Counted from the stretch's first letter, positions 18,200 to 27,561 are shown. The stretch is 64,000 nucleotides of DNA from Candidatus Entotheonellaceae bacterium (GCA_965238075.1 OZ250173.1:1088001-1152000), one strand, 5' to 3'. The notes: generated by a model from the sequence alone, not told the origin. Translations and numbers: made by a program.

Positions 18200-19240
18200 A
18201 TGGCAGCAGAGTTGCAATCCACGCGGTACGACGTGGCGGACATGGCGCAGGCGGTGGAGTTTTACTTCGACAAGGGCTGGACGGACGGCCTGCCGGTGGT
18301 GCCGCCGACGGAGAACGCCATCTGGGGGATGTTGGAATCGGCCGGATTGGAGCCGCAGGCGGAGATCACCTTCATCGACAATCGCCAGGTATCGGTGACC
18401 GCCGAGAAGGTGGCGATCAACAGCGTCATGGCCGGTTGCAAGCCGGAATACATGCCCGTGCTGGCGGCGGCGGTGGAGGCCATGGGCGATCCGTTGTGGT
18501 CCTACCACGGCCCGGCGACGAGCACCGGCGGCTCGGCGGTGCTGGCGGTGGTGAACGGCCCCATTGCGCAAGAGCTGGGCCTCAACCACGGCGACAACCT
18601 CTTCGGCCCCGGCTGGCGTGCCAACGCGGCCATCGGGCGGGCGCTGCGGCTGGTGATGCGCAACGTCATCGGCACCCTGCCGGGGCGGCTCGACCGCAGC
18701 ACCCTGGGGCACAGCGGCAAGTACAGCTTCTGCATCGCCGAGAACGAGGCGGAAAGCCCCTGGCCGGCGCTGCACGTTGAGCGCGGCTTCAGTTCGGAAC
18801 AAAACGCCGTCACCATCCTGGCGGCCCTGGCGCCGGAACAGTTTTACAACCAGCTGAGCAGCACTGCCGAGGGCATTCTCACCACCGCCTGCGCCCACAT
18901 GCGCATCTCGTCCGGGGTCAGGAGCCAGCCGCAATACGTCCTGGTCCTCGCCGGCGAGCACATGCAGGTGATGGCGCACGACGGCTGGTCCAAAGACGAC
19001 ATCCGGCGCTTCTGCTTCGAGCGCACGCAAACCTCGCGGGCCGAACTCAAGCGCATTCACCTCATGCCGGGAGAGCCCAGCGACTCGGACGAAACGGCGA
19101 TGGTGCCGCTGGTGCCGACCGCGGAGGATTTTCTGATCGTTGCGGCGGGCAGCCGGGCGGGCGCGTTTTCGGCCTACATCCCCGGCTGGGGTAGCAAGAG
19201 CACGTCACAGAGCGTGACGCGAGAGATCCGCCGATCATAA
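18200..19240 (+). CDS. Uncharacterised conserved protein, partner of UGSC (seleno)proteins
   Basis: GWTDGLPVVPPT, EKVAINSVMAGCKPEY, RANAAIGRALRL, AENEAESPW motifs; directly upstream of the UGSC gene. Confidence 0.82.
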   Translation: MAAELQSTRYDVADMAQAVEFYFDKGWTDGLPVVPPTENAIWGMLESAGLEPQAEITFIDNRQVSVTAEKVAINSVMAGCKPEYMPVLAAAVEAMGDPLWSYHGPATSTGGSAVLAVVNGPIAQELGLNHGDNLFGPGWRANAAIGRALRLVMRNVIGTLPGRLDRSTLGHSGKYSFCIAENEAESPWPALHVERGFSSEQNAVTILAALAPEQFYNQLSSTAEGILTTACAHMRISSGVRSQPQYVLVLAGEHMQVMAHDGWSKDDIRRFCFERTQTSRAELKRIHLMPGEPSDSDETAMVPLVPTAEDFLIVAAGSRAGAFSAYIPGWGSKSTSQSVTREIRRS

Positions 19241-19273
19241 GGACACGGCGGCTACACGAAAAAGGAGACCCTG

Positions 19274-19813
19274 ATGGCAACCTTCCAGGTGTTCGATCCC
19301 ACCACCGAGGCCGAGCAGCAGACGCTGACCTTTGTGCCGCGGCCCGATTCGCTGCGCAACGTGCGCATCGGCCTGGTGGAAAATACCAAGTTCAACTCGG
19401 ATCAGCTGCTGCGCCGCATCGGCACGATTCTGGAGCAGGAATACGGCGCCAAGAGCTCGATCATGCGCAGCAAGCACAACTCCAGCGTGCCGGCGCACCA
19501 GGAGATTCTCGACGAATACGGAGTGGAATGTGACGTGGTGATCGCCGGGGTGGGCGATTGAGGCTCGTGCAGCTCGGGCAGTGTGCTCGACGGCATTCTC
19601 TTTGAAAAACTCGGTGTTCCTGCCGCGTCCATCGTCACCGACGTGTTCGAGGCCACCGGCCAGGCCATGGCGCAGGCGTGGGGCGTTCCCGATTACAAAT
19701 TCCTGCGCATGCCGCACCCGATCGCCAACCTCACCGACGAGGAATTGGACCAGCGCGCGCGGGAGATCGTGCCGCAGGTGGTCAACCTGTTGCTCGAAGG
19801 CCAGGAATCGTAG
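19274..19813 (+). CDS. UGSC-family selenoprotein, 179 aa, Sec at codon 96 (TGA 19559-19561)
   Basis: ORFs 19274..19561 and 19583..19813 share a frame; readthrough gives GVGD-U-GSCSSGS; SECIS-like hairpin follows; AAAGGAG RBS at the start. Confidence 0.88.
19562..19597 (+). promoter_or_regulatory. Putative bacterial SECIS element
   Basis: TCGGGCA(19574-80)-GTG-TGCTCGA(19584-90) stem with G-initiated loop 19 nt after the UGA; lower stem GTGC/GCAT. Confidence 0.65.
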
Positions 19814-19830
19814 GGGACTCGCCAGCGATC

Positions 19831-20160
19831 ATGTCGTGTATCTTCTGTGAAATCATCGCCAAGCGTCAGCCCACTGACGTGGTTTATGAGGACGACGAGA
19901 TACTCGTCTTCAAGGACATCAACCCCACCGCGCCGATTCACGTCCTGCTGGTGCCCAAGGCGCACATCGCCACCGTCAACGACATCGACGAGGCACAGCA
20001 CACCGAGCTGATGGGCCGGTTGTTCGTGGTTGCCAAGAAGCTGGCGGCGCAGTGGGATATTGTCGAGCAGGGATATCGCCTGACGGTGAACGTCGGGCGG
20101 GGCGGCGGTCAGATTGTGGACCACGTGCACATGCACCTGGTGAGCGGCCGGCGCCGGTGA
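19831..20160 (+). CDS. hinT: Histidine triad (HIT) nucleotide-binding protein, HinT-like
   Basis: CIFC, FKDINPTAPIHVLLVPK, GQIVDHVHMHL. Confidence 0.92.
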   Translation: MSCIFCEIIAKRQPTDVVYEDDEILVFKDINPTAPIHVLLVPKAHIATVNDIDEAQHTELMGRLFVVAKKLAAQWDIVEQGYRLTVNVGRGGGQIVDHVHMHLVSGRRR

Positions 20161-20170
20161 GGGGGTACGT

Positions 20171-20201
20171 AAAAACCCCTCCGGGATAACCTGGAGGGGT
20201 T
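20171..20201. terminator. Hairpin terminator after hinT (U-tract on minus strand)
   Basis: AACCCCTCCGGG-ATAA-CCTGGAGGGGTT with a 5' A-run. Confidence 0.6.
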
Positions 20202-20236
20202 GCCTGACGGTGCTTCTCGCACATCGCCTGGTCAGC

Positions 20237-20362
20237 GGCTCAGAATCGGCAGGCTCAAAGATTGGCGCCGCATCGCCACGCGGTATGATCGCTGTGCGCA
20301 CACCGTCTACAGCGCCATCTGTATTGCTGCCGCGGTTATCTACTGATCACGAGTCCTGAGCC
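20237..20362 (+). mobile_element. IS5-family transposase 3' remnant with terminal inverted repeat
   Basis: 20248-20346 translates GRLKDWRRIATRYDRCAHTVYSAICIAAAVIY*, the IS5-family C-terminal RxxTRYD region; GAGTCCTGAGCC at 20351-62 and partial inverse GGCTCAGAATC at 20237. Confidence 0.8.
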
Positions 20363-20396
20363 TGGCGATTTAATGAACCCGTCAGGAGGCCCTTCC

Positions 20397-20820
20397 ATGC
20401 CCCGTCTCAGGCAAATCCCCCGTGATCCCTTCGATGCGCTACCGCGACGCCGCAGCCGCTCTTGACCGGCTGTGCCGCGTGCTTGGTTTCTCCAGGCACT
20501 TGGTCGTACCGGGTGAAGCCGGCACCATCACCCACGCCCAACTTGCCCTGGGCGACGGCATGATCATGCTTGGCAGCGAGCGTGACGACGCGCACGGCCA
20601 GTTGATGGCCGTACCGGGCCCGCAGGGAACCAACATCCAGTCCGTCTATCTCGTCGTGGACAACCCCCAGGCCGTTCACGACCGCGTCCTTGCAGCGGGC
20701 GCCGATGTCGTCACACCCCTTCACCATCCGGAATACGGGGGCGCCTTCTTCGCCTGCCGCGACCCCGAAGGCCGCGTCTGGAACATCGGTTCCTACGATC
20801 CTTGGCAGACGTCGACATAG
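20397..20820 (+). CDS. VOC/glyoxalase-family protein (possible 1-nt frameshift right after the start codon)
   Basis: IPSMRYRDAAAA, HAQL..GDGMIMLGS, DPEGRVWNIGSY; RBS-linked ATG 20397 is out of frame with the body (alternative GTG 20422). Confidence 0.82.
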
Positions 20821-20875
20821 CGACCGAGCCATAGATCATGTCCGTATCTAATCGAAAAGGGAATGGCGGCTTCAC

Positions 20876-20911
20876 GCAGGTCGGATTAGCCGCAGGCGTA
20901 ACCCGACCTGC
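20876..20911 (+). repeat. GTAG-type REP-like palindrome
   Basis: GCAGGTCGGATTAGCCGCAGGCGTAACCCGACCTGC. Confidence 0.8.
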
Positions 20912-21000
20912 AGCTTGATGCGGACGTGCTCTGACCGTGGATTCGTGAGGGCCATCTGCAGAATGTCGTGTGGAAAACAAAGGGGGAGGGGCCGTTAAAA

Positions 21001-21084
21001 TGCCGAAGGGGAGACTCGAACTCCCACGAGGTGACCCCCACATGACCCTGAATCATGCGCGTCTACCAATTCCGCCACTTCGGC
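21001..21084 (-). tRNA. tRNA-Leu(CAG), CCA not encoded
   Basis: GCCGAAGTGGCGGAATTGGTAGACGCG, anticodon arm CATGA-TTCAGGG-TCATG, long variable arm, GTTCGAGTC. Confidence 0.96.
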
Positions 21085-21103
21085 ATACGGGGTAAGGCGA
21101 GAC

Positions 21104-21132
21104 ACTATAAAGTTTTCCGCCTTGCCTTGCAA
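21104..21132 (-). promoter_or_regulatory. sigma70 promoter of tRNA-Leu
   Basis: Minus strand TTGCAA-17 bp-TATAGT. Confidence 0.65.
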
Positions 21133-21161
21133 TTGCCAATTTGAACCCCGCCATCCATGAA

Positions 21162-22661
21162 TCAGGAAGCGCTGGGCCGGCCGATACGGTGGGCGCGGAC
21201 GGGCTGGCGGCGGCCTTTGAGCCGTGTTTCGATGGTTTGGCGGACCGTGAAGTGTCCCCGGATATGGGCGAGGACATTGTCGCTGATCACGATGTCGCCG
21301 GCGGCGGCCTCCGTTTGCAGGCGTTGGGCGACGTTGACCATATCGCCGATGACGGTGTACTCCATACGCTCTTCCGTGCCGATATTCCCAACGATGGCCT
21401 CGCCGCTGTTGATGCCGATGCCGATATGGAGAGGGGCTAAGTCGGCGTCGCGTCGGGCAGCGTTGAGGTCCGCAACCGCCGCCTGCATTTCCAGCGCGGC
21501 CTGCACGGCGTGCCGGGGATGATCGGGTTGTTCCAGGGGTGCGCCGAACAACGCCATGAGGCCGTCGCCGAGGTACTTGTCCAGCGTGCCGTGATGCGCG
21601 AAGACCACGCGTACCATGCAGTCGAAATACTGGTTCAGGGCGGTCACGACCTCCTCCGGTTGGTGGCGCTCGGCGAAGGTGGTGAAACCGCGAATATCGG
21701 CGAACAGCACGCTCACCTGGCGGCGTAAGGTGCGGAGGGAGCGTGACGCCTTGTCGCTGAGCACCTGTTCCATGACCGGCTGGCTCAGGTAGCGGCTGAA
21801 GGTATCGCGTAGGATTTCCCGCTCCGAAATATCATCAACGAGGACCAACACGCCCTGCTCGCGGCCCTGGCTGTCGTAAAACACCTGACCCTTGATCGTG
21901 CCGTGACTGACGCGGCCCTCGGGGTCCACCAGACGGTGCTTGCGAAGCGTGATGCTGCCCTGCCGCTGCACCTCCTCTGCGAAGGCGGTGATCGGCAAAC
22001 CTTGCATGCCGGCAAAGACGTCCTCTACGGTCCGCCCGACCATCTCGTCGGCGCCGCGGCGGCTCAGGCGTTCCATGGCCTGGTTGACCTTGAGGATGCG
22101 ATGGCTGTCCTTATCCGCAACTAGCAGGCCGCTGGTCATACTCTGCAGGATATTCTCATTGAAATCCTGCAGCGTCTGATACGCCTCGCCCACGCGAATG
22201 AGCTGGGTCTCCAGACCCCGGTTGTGCGCTTCCAACTGCACGTACTGCTGCTGCACGAGGAGCTTGGAGCGTTTCTCATACTCCCCTACCAGCTTGTTGA
22301 GCGTGGTGTCGATGAGCAAGTGCATGCGGTGCAGGGCGCCGAGGATGCTGCCGGTGTCGTCGCCGTAGCACTCGCGCAGCAGGGGCAGGAGCATGGCGGC
22401 GAAGACAGTGAAGTTGCGATGCAAAACGGTCAGCGGGAAATCCGCCACCGTGCTGCCTGCCAAGAACCGGGCCAGGCAGTCGTCCAGCGGCTGGGAGTCG
22501 TTCGCTTCCAGGGCGCTGAGGAAGGCGTCGGCGGTCTCGGCCACGCTGCCGCGCAGGAATTCGGCATCGAAAGCAGGGTCGCCCCTGATGGTCTGCAGAA
22601 TGCTTTGATACAGCCTCTCGACGAGGCGGGCTTTGTGTTCGTGGAGGTAGGCAATGAGCAT
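21162..22661 (-). CDS. Class III adenylate cyclase with PAS domain and N-terminal helical sensor domain
   Basis: FADIRGFT, DKYLGDGLMA, YTVIGDMVNVAQRL; PAS-like NILQSMTSGLLVAD...VNQAME; GAGGAG RBS before ATG 22661. Confidence 0.9.
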   Translation of the reverse strand: MLIAYLHEHKARLVERLYQSILQTIRGDPAFDAEFLRGSVAETADAFLSALEANDSQPLDDCLARFLAGSTVADFPLTVLHRNFTVFAAMLLPLLRECYGDDTGSILGALHRMHLLIDTTLNKLVGEYEKRSKLLVQQQYVQLEAHNRGLETQLIRVGEAYQTLQDFNENILQSMTSGLLVADKDSHRILKVNQAMERLSRRGADEMVGRTVEDVFAGMQGLPITAFAEEVQRQGSITLRKHRLVDPEGRVSHGTIKGQVFYDSQGREQGVLVLVDDISEREILRDTFSRYLSQPVMEQVLSDKASRSLRTLRRQVSVLFADIRGFTTFAERHQPEEVVTALNQYFDCMVRVVFAHHGTLDKYLGDGLMALFGAPLEQPDHPRHAVQAALEMQAAVADLNAARRDADLAPLHIGIGINSGEAIVGNIGTEERMEYTVIGDMVNVAQRLQTEAAAGDIVISDNVLAHIRGHFTVRQTIETRLKGRRQPVRAHRIGRPSAS

Positions 22662-22774
22662 CGAAGCGCTCCTCGTGGGGCGGGCTGGGCAGACGACGGG
22701 ATATGCTACACTTGGCACCGTCTCGGGAGACTACAATTGCTGCGTGGGCGGTATTATAAAAGGAGCCGAAAGGG

Positions 22775-23860
22775 ATGTCACTGACCGACCTGCGCGACCT
22801 GCGGCGTGATGAGATTGCGGCCTTCCTGGCGGCTCAGGGAGAGCCGGATTTTCGCGCCCGGCAGGTTTGTCAATGGGTGTACAAGCGCCAAGCCACCAGC
22901 GTGCAGCAGATGACGGACCTGCCCGAGGCACTGCGGCAACGCCTGCAAAAGCAGATGTACGTCAGCACCCTGAGCCTCCTGCGGCGACAGCGCAGCGAAG
23001 ACGGCACCGAGAAGCTGCTGTTTGGCGTCGAGGGCGGCAACCGGATCGAAACGGTGCTGATACCACGCGGCGACAAGCGCACCATTTGCGTCTCCACGCA
23101 GGTGGGCTGCGCCCTGGGCTGCCGGTTCTGCCTGACCGCGCAGGGCGGCTTGGTACGCAGCTTGCGACCGGCCGAGATTGTCGGGCAGGTGCTGCATTTT
23201 CAGGAGCCGGGTCGCGAGCCGGCGCGGGACTTTACGAACATCGTGTTCATGGGCATGGGCGAGCCACTGGACAATTTTCGCGGTACCGTGCAAGCGGTGC
23301 GCATTATGACGGCCGACTGGGGACTGGGCATTTCACCGCGCCGGATTACCGTCTCAACGTCGGGCCTGGCCCGCCGCCTGGAGGCGTTTGGCCGCGCGGA
23401 CCTGAAGGTGAATCTCGCCGTCTCCCTCAACGCCACCACCGACGCCGTGCGCAGCCGCATTATGCCCATCAACAAGGCCTATCCCATCGACAGGCTGCTG
23501 CAGGCATGTCGTGATTTCCCCCTGGCGGCACGCCAGCGGATTACCTTCGAGTACGTGCTGCTACGCGACGTCAACGACAGCCTGGCCGACGCCAAACGCC
23601 TGGTCAAGCTGCTGCACGGCCTGCGCTGCAAGGTCAATCTGCTGCCGTTCAACGAGATACCCGAGTCGCCGTATCGCCGCCCTGCGGACGACACCGTGCA
23701 ACGCTTCTGGACGTGGCTCGTCGAGCACGGCGTATCGGCCTCCGTGCGCCACAGCCGCGGGCGCGATATCTCCGCCGCCTGCGGCCAGTTGCGGCATGTG
23801 GAGCAGTCCGCCGAGCGGTTGACAGCCCCCGAGGGCTGCTCTACGATACCGCCCGTTTAA
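22775..23860 (+). CDS. rlmN: Dual-specificity RNA methyltransferase RlmN
   Basis: CALGCRFC radical SAM motif, MGMGEPL, ITFEY, AACGQL. Confidence 0.95.
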   Translation: MSLTDLRDLRRDEIAAFLAAQGEPDFRARQVCQWVYKRQATSVQQMTDLPEALRQRLQKQMYVSTLSLLRRQRSEDGTEKLLFGVEGGNRIETVLIPRGDKRTICVSTQVGCALGCRFCLTAQGGLVRSLRPAEIVGQVLHFQEPGREPARDFTNIVFMGMGEPLDNFRGTVQAVRIMTADWGLGISPRRITVSTSGLARRLEAFGRADLKVNLAVSLNATTDAVRSRIMPINKAYPIDRLLQACRDFPLAARQRITFEYVLLRDVNDSLADAKRLVKLLHGLRCKVNLLPFNEIPESPYRRPADDTVQRFWTWLVEHGVSASVRHSRGRDISAACGQLRHVEQSAERLTAPEGCSTIPPV

Positions 23861-23919
23861 GGCAGGGCGCCGAAGGCTCAGAACGCCGCGCCCATGGGGG
23901 TTGTCGGAAGGGGGGAGTA

Positions 23920-24408
23920 ATGACGACTGCCGTTTACCCAGGGACGTTCGACCCGCTCACGAACGGCCACCTGGACCTCATCAAACGCTCCGTGCGCATG
24001 TTTGACAAGTTGATCGTGGCCATCTTCGACAACCCGGCGAAGGGGCCGATGTTCACGGTGCCGGAGCGCCGCCGCCTGATCGAGGAATCGATTCAGGGTC
24101 TGAAGAACATCGAGATCGACAGCTTTTCCAGTACCTTGTTGATCTTCTACGCCAAGCAGAAAGAGGCCAACGTGATCATCCGCGGACTGCGCGCCGTGGC
24201 CGACTTCGAGTACGAATTTCAGATGACCCTGATGAATCGGCGTTTGGATGAAGACATCGAAACCATCTTCCTGACCCCGCGCGAGGAATACACCTATGTG
24301 GCGTCGCGCCTGATTAAAGAGGTCGCGGCCTTCGGCGGCAACGTGGACGAGCTGGTGCCGCCGCCGGTGGCACTGGCCCTGAAAGAGAAATACCAACGTC
24401 AGGCGTAG
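23920..24408 (+). CDS. coaD: Phosphopantetheine adenylyltransferase
   Basis: [26 protein letters not shown]. Confidence 0.96.
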   Translation: MTTAVYPGTFDPLTNGHLDLIKRSVRMFDKLIVAIFDNPAKGPMFTVPERRRLIEESIQGLKNIEIDSFSSTLLIFYAKQKEANVIIRGLRAVADFEYEFQMTLMNRRLDEDIETIFLTPREEYTYVASRLIKEVAAFGGNVDELVPPPVALALKEKYQRQA

Positions 24409-24416
24409 AGGAGCCT

Positions 24417-25610
24417 ATGCAGCTTGCACAGTTCACCCGGCATCTGAAACCCTCCGAGACCCTGGCCATCAGCGCCAAAGCCAAGGCCCTGCGCGCCCAG
24501 GGCCGCGACGTGATCGACTTCAGCGTCGGCGAGCCGGACTTCAACACACCCGACAACGTCATCCAGGCCGCCGAGCACGCCATGGCCGAGGGCTTCACCA
24601 AGTACACGCAGGCGAGCGGGCTGCCGGCGCTGCGGCAGGCGATCGCGGATAAATTGCGGCGGGAAAACGATCTGCATTACGAGCCGGACCAGATCATCGT
24701 GTCGTGCGGCGCCAAGCACGCCCTATACAACCTGGCGATGGTGCTGGTGGATCCGGGCGACGCGGTGATCATTCCCGGGCCGTACTGGGTGACTTACCCG
24801 GCGCAGGTGCAGATGGCCGGCGGCACGCCGGTGATCATTCCGACGACGGCGGCGGAAGGTTTCAAAATCACCGGCGAGGTGCTGCGGCGCTATCTGACGC
24901 CGGCGACGAAGGGCATCATCCTCAACAGTCCGTGCAACCCCACCGGGGCGGTGTACACCCCCGAAGAGTTGCAAAACCTCGCCGACGTGTTGTGCAACAC
25001 CGACCTCTACGTCATCACCGACGAGATTTATGAACACATGGTGTACGACGGTCTGCGACAGGTCAGCATTGCCACGCTGTCGCCGGAGTTGAAGGAACGT
25101 TGCATCGTGGTCAACGGCCTCTCCAAGTCCTACTCCATGACCGGCTGGCGTCTGGGTTTCTGTGCCGGCCCCGCTGACGTTATCGCCGCTTGCGGCCACT
25201 TGCAGAGCCAGAGCACCAGCAACCCGACGGCGTTCGCGCAGATAGCGGCCATCGAAGCTCTTACCGGCCCGCAGGACAGCGTGCACGCCATGGCCGCGGC
25301 TTTCGTCGAGCGGCGCGATTTCGTGGTGGCGCGTCTCAATGCCATCGACGGCATCTCCTGCCCCATGCCGCAAGGCGCCTTCTATACCTTCCCAAAAATC
25401 AACGCCCTGTTCGGCCGCCGCGCCAATGGCCGTACCCTGTCAAACTCGGCGGACGTAATCGATTACCTGCTGGATACGGCGGGCGTGGCAGCGGTGCCGG
25501 GCGAGGCGTTCGGCGCCGACGACCACATGCGCCTGTCCTACGCCGCATCGATGGAAGCGCTTCGCACCGGACTCGACCGCCTCGATCAAGCCGTGCAGCA
25601 GTTGCACTGA
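24417..25610 (+). CDS. aspC: Aspartate aminotransferase (class I PLP)
   Basis: GEPDF, NSPCNPTG, DEIYEH, SKSYSMTGWRLG, RLSYA. Confidence 0.88.
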   Translation: MQLAQFTRHLKPSETLAISAKAKALRAQGRDVIDFSVGEPDFNTPDNVIQAAEHAMAEGFTKYTQASGLPALRQAIADKLRRENDLHYEPDQIIVSCGAKHALYNLAMVLVDPGDAVIIPGPYWVTYPAQVQMAGGTPVIIPTTAAEGFKITGEVLRRYLTPATKGIILNSPCNPTGAVYTPEELQNLADVLCNTDLYVITDEIYEHMVYDGLRQVSIATLSPELKERCIVVNGLSKSYSMTGWRLGFCAGPADVIAACGHLQSQSTSNPTAFAQIAAIEALTGPQDSVHAMAAAFVERRDFVVARLNAIDGISCPMPQGAFYTFPKINALFGRRANGRTLSNSADVIDYLLDTAGVAAVPGEAFGADDHMRLSYAASMEALRTGLDRLDQAVQQLH

Positions 25611-25675
25611 GAGACCTCCCCCTTCAGGTTTTCATGGCGTATCCAAAGGGGGAGAGGTGCGTACGGGGGTGGGAC

Positions 25676-27139
25676 CTACTCGCCGCCGGGGAGGTCTTCC
25701 TGGCGCAGTTGCTGCAACAGCGCGGCGCCTTCTTCCCGAACCTTACTCACCATCGCGGCACCCACGAGACCCTGCTTCTGTTGCTCCTGCAGCGACTCGA
25801 TACCGATGAGCTCGGCGGGTTGATCGGGACTGTGGCAGACGCTGACGCCGAGGTCGACAAGGTGCAATTGATCCGAAAAAATAGCGGTGGGCGTGGCGAT
25901 GCCCACGTAATCCGCCTTCCAGGCGCCCTGCCTTCCGTAAAACCGCGTCACGCAATGCCAACTGCCTTCCTGAAAGCGGGTGACGGTGTAATCGCCGGGC
26001 TGTTTGTCGAGCCGCAGGCCGGCGGGATAGCTGTCCTTGTTGCGTAATTCCTGGCGAATCTCGACCCAGCCGGCGTCGAGGTCGTAAGCGACGCGCTGGC
26101 CCTCGTACTGCGCGGCGGCGTTCTCCCGGAGGCCGCGCATCCGCACGCGCAGGGTGTCGCGCAGCGGCGATTCCATGGCATTCACGCTGGCCAGCACGCC
26201 GAGCGGCGCCGTGCGGTTGCGCAGCACCTCAGCGGGCAGTTCCTTCTCCAACCCGTCGACGGTGGCGCCGTACACGTCGCCCTGGGCTTTGTACTTGTGG
26301 TGCCCCGGCAGCGTCGGCAGGAATTCGGCGCGCAGGCGATCACAGAGACGCTTGGCGTCGCCGGGCATTTCCACCTGCGTGCTCACGTCGCCGCCGTAGA
26401 GATAGCCGAGGGCCTTGGCGCCTGACAAGCGCTCGCGCAGGTCGCCGGCCTGCTGCACCAAATCCTGGATTTCTTCGCTCAGAACCGCGTCTTCGGCGTT
26501 CTGGGCCGCGGTGCGCCAGATGATGCCCCAGCCGTGAGTTTCCTGCGCCTGGCCGAGTTGTTGCAGCCGTTCACGCGCCCCCGCCGAGGTAATCTGCTTG
26601 CTGATGCGCACGGCCGGGGTCATGCTCAGCACCGCATAGCGGCCCGGCACGCTGAGCACGGCGCTGAGTTGCGGACGCTTGTCGGGACCATCGCCCAATG
26701 CCTCGATGCGAACCGGAATACGGGCGCCGATCTCCGGCCCGCGATCGTCCGGGCCCATCGGCAGTGTTGCGGACAGCTGGCCGCCGAGATACACAACGGA
26801 CTGACGCCGCTCACGGCTGACCAGCCCCACCAAGCCCAGGTACATAGAACCGACCTGCATGCCGCTGCGGCGAATGATGATGTCCGTGAAATGCTGCTGC
26901 AGGACGCCCAGAACGCGCTCAATGCCGTCGCCCGAACCCGACAGCCACAGGGTGTCGCGCACGCCCTGAGCATCGGCGTGCTCGTCGATCGCCACGTCCG
27001 GTGAATCCATCCGCCAATCGCCCGGCAGACACGCGCGCACCTCATCATCGGGCTGCACGATCTCCCAGTCCTGATGATGCTGCCGAAACAGCGACGTCAG
27101 CGCGGCTCCGTACAGGCCTCGTATGCGTAGTGTTGTCAT
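25676..27139 (-). CDS. FAU-1-like RNA-binding ribonuclease (RNase E/G-like segment plus DUF402-like C-terminus)
   Basis: N-terminal LRIRGLYGAALT, RISKQI, WGIIWRTAA, PTLPGHHKYK, C-terminal YVGIATP...VDL resemble archaeal FAU-1. Confidence 0.75.
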   Translation of the reverse strand: MTTLRIRGLYGAALTSLFRQHHQDWEIVQPDDEVRACLPGDWRMDSPDVAIDEHADAQGVRDTLWLSGSGDGIERVLGVLQQHFTDIIIRRSGMQVGSMYLGLVGLVSRERRQSVVYLGGQLSATLPMGPDDRGPEIGARIPVRIEALGDGPDKRPQLSAVLSVPGRYAVLSMTPAVRISKQITSAGARERLQQLGQAQETHGWGIIWRTAAQNAEDAVLSEEIQDLVQQAGDLRERLSGAKALGYLYGGDVSTQVEMPGDAKRLCDRLRAEFLPTLPGHHKYKAQGDVYGATVDGLEKELPAEVLRNRTAPLGVLASVNAMESPLRDTLRVRMRGLRENAAAQYEGQRVAYDLDAGWVEIRQELRNKDSYPAGLRLDKQPGDYTVTRFQEGSWHCVTRFYGRQGAWKADYVGIATPTAIFSDQLHLVDLGVSVCHSPDQPAELIGIESLQEQQKQGLVGAAMVSKVREEGAALLQQLRQEDLPGGE

Positions 27140-27252
27140 GATGATTGCGATACCTGTGTAATAGGGGAAGGTTCGTCGAGAGGGAAAACGCTCGGTGTGG
27201 TTTCCTTCTACGGGTCGGCACGATCATAGCACAAAGCGCCGGCGCCGGTGGA

Positions 27253-27561
27253 TTACGTCTCGAGATCGGGAACCCGTTGCAGGTGCTTGCCGAAGCACGG
27301 TCCGGCAACGCAGCGGCCGGTTTCAGGCTCGAATCTGGCGCCGTGGTTGGGACAAACCAACAGGCGTTGCTCGCCGGAAAACTGCAGCCGTCCGCGGCGG
27401 TCCAACGGCAGGCGGCGATGGGGGCAACTGTTGACGAACACGCGGTCGCCCGCCGGCGTGGGAATGATGAGGTAGGTTTCACCCTCGGGGGCCGTGTAAG
27501 GCGCGCCGCCCTGCTCGGCGGCCTGAGTGCGAACGGCTTGCGGGATGCGGTCTGGGGTCAC
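27253..27561 (-). CDS. Rieske [2Fe-2S] ferredoxin
   Basis: NSCPH...CPNHGARF..TGRCVAGPC. Confidence 0.85.
   Translation of the reverse strand: MTPDRIPQAVRTQAAEQGGAPYTAPEGETYLIIPTPAGDRVFVNSCPHRRLPLDRRGRLQFSGEQRLLVCPNHGARFEPETGRCVAGPCFGKHLQRVPDLET

Noticed and set aside
19274-19813. Two separate small genes or a nonsense pseudogene
   Set aside because: In-frame continuity, the UxxC motif, the SECIS-like hairpin and the missing RBS for the second part favour Sec readthrough
16400-21001. Integrative island at the tRNA-Leu 3' end
   Set aside because: No integrase and no duplicated tRNA 3' end (att site) seen; only an IS relic and a REP
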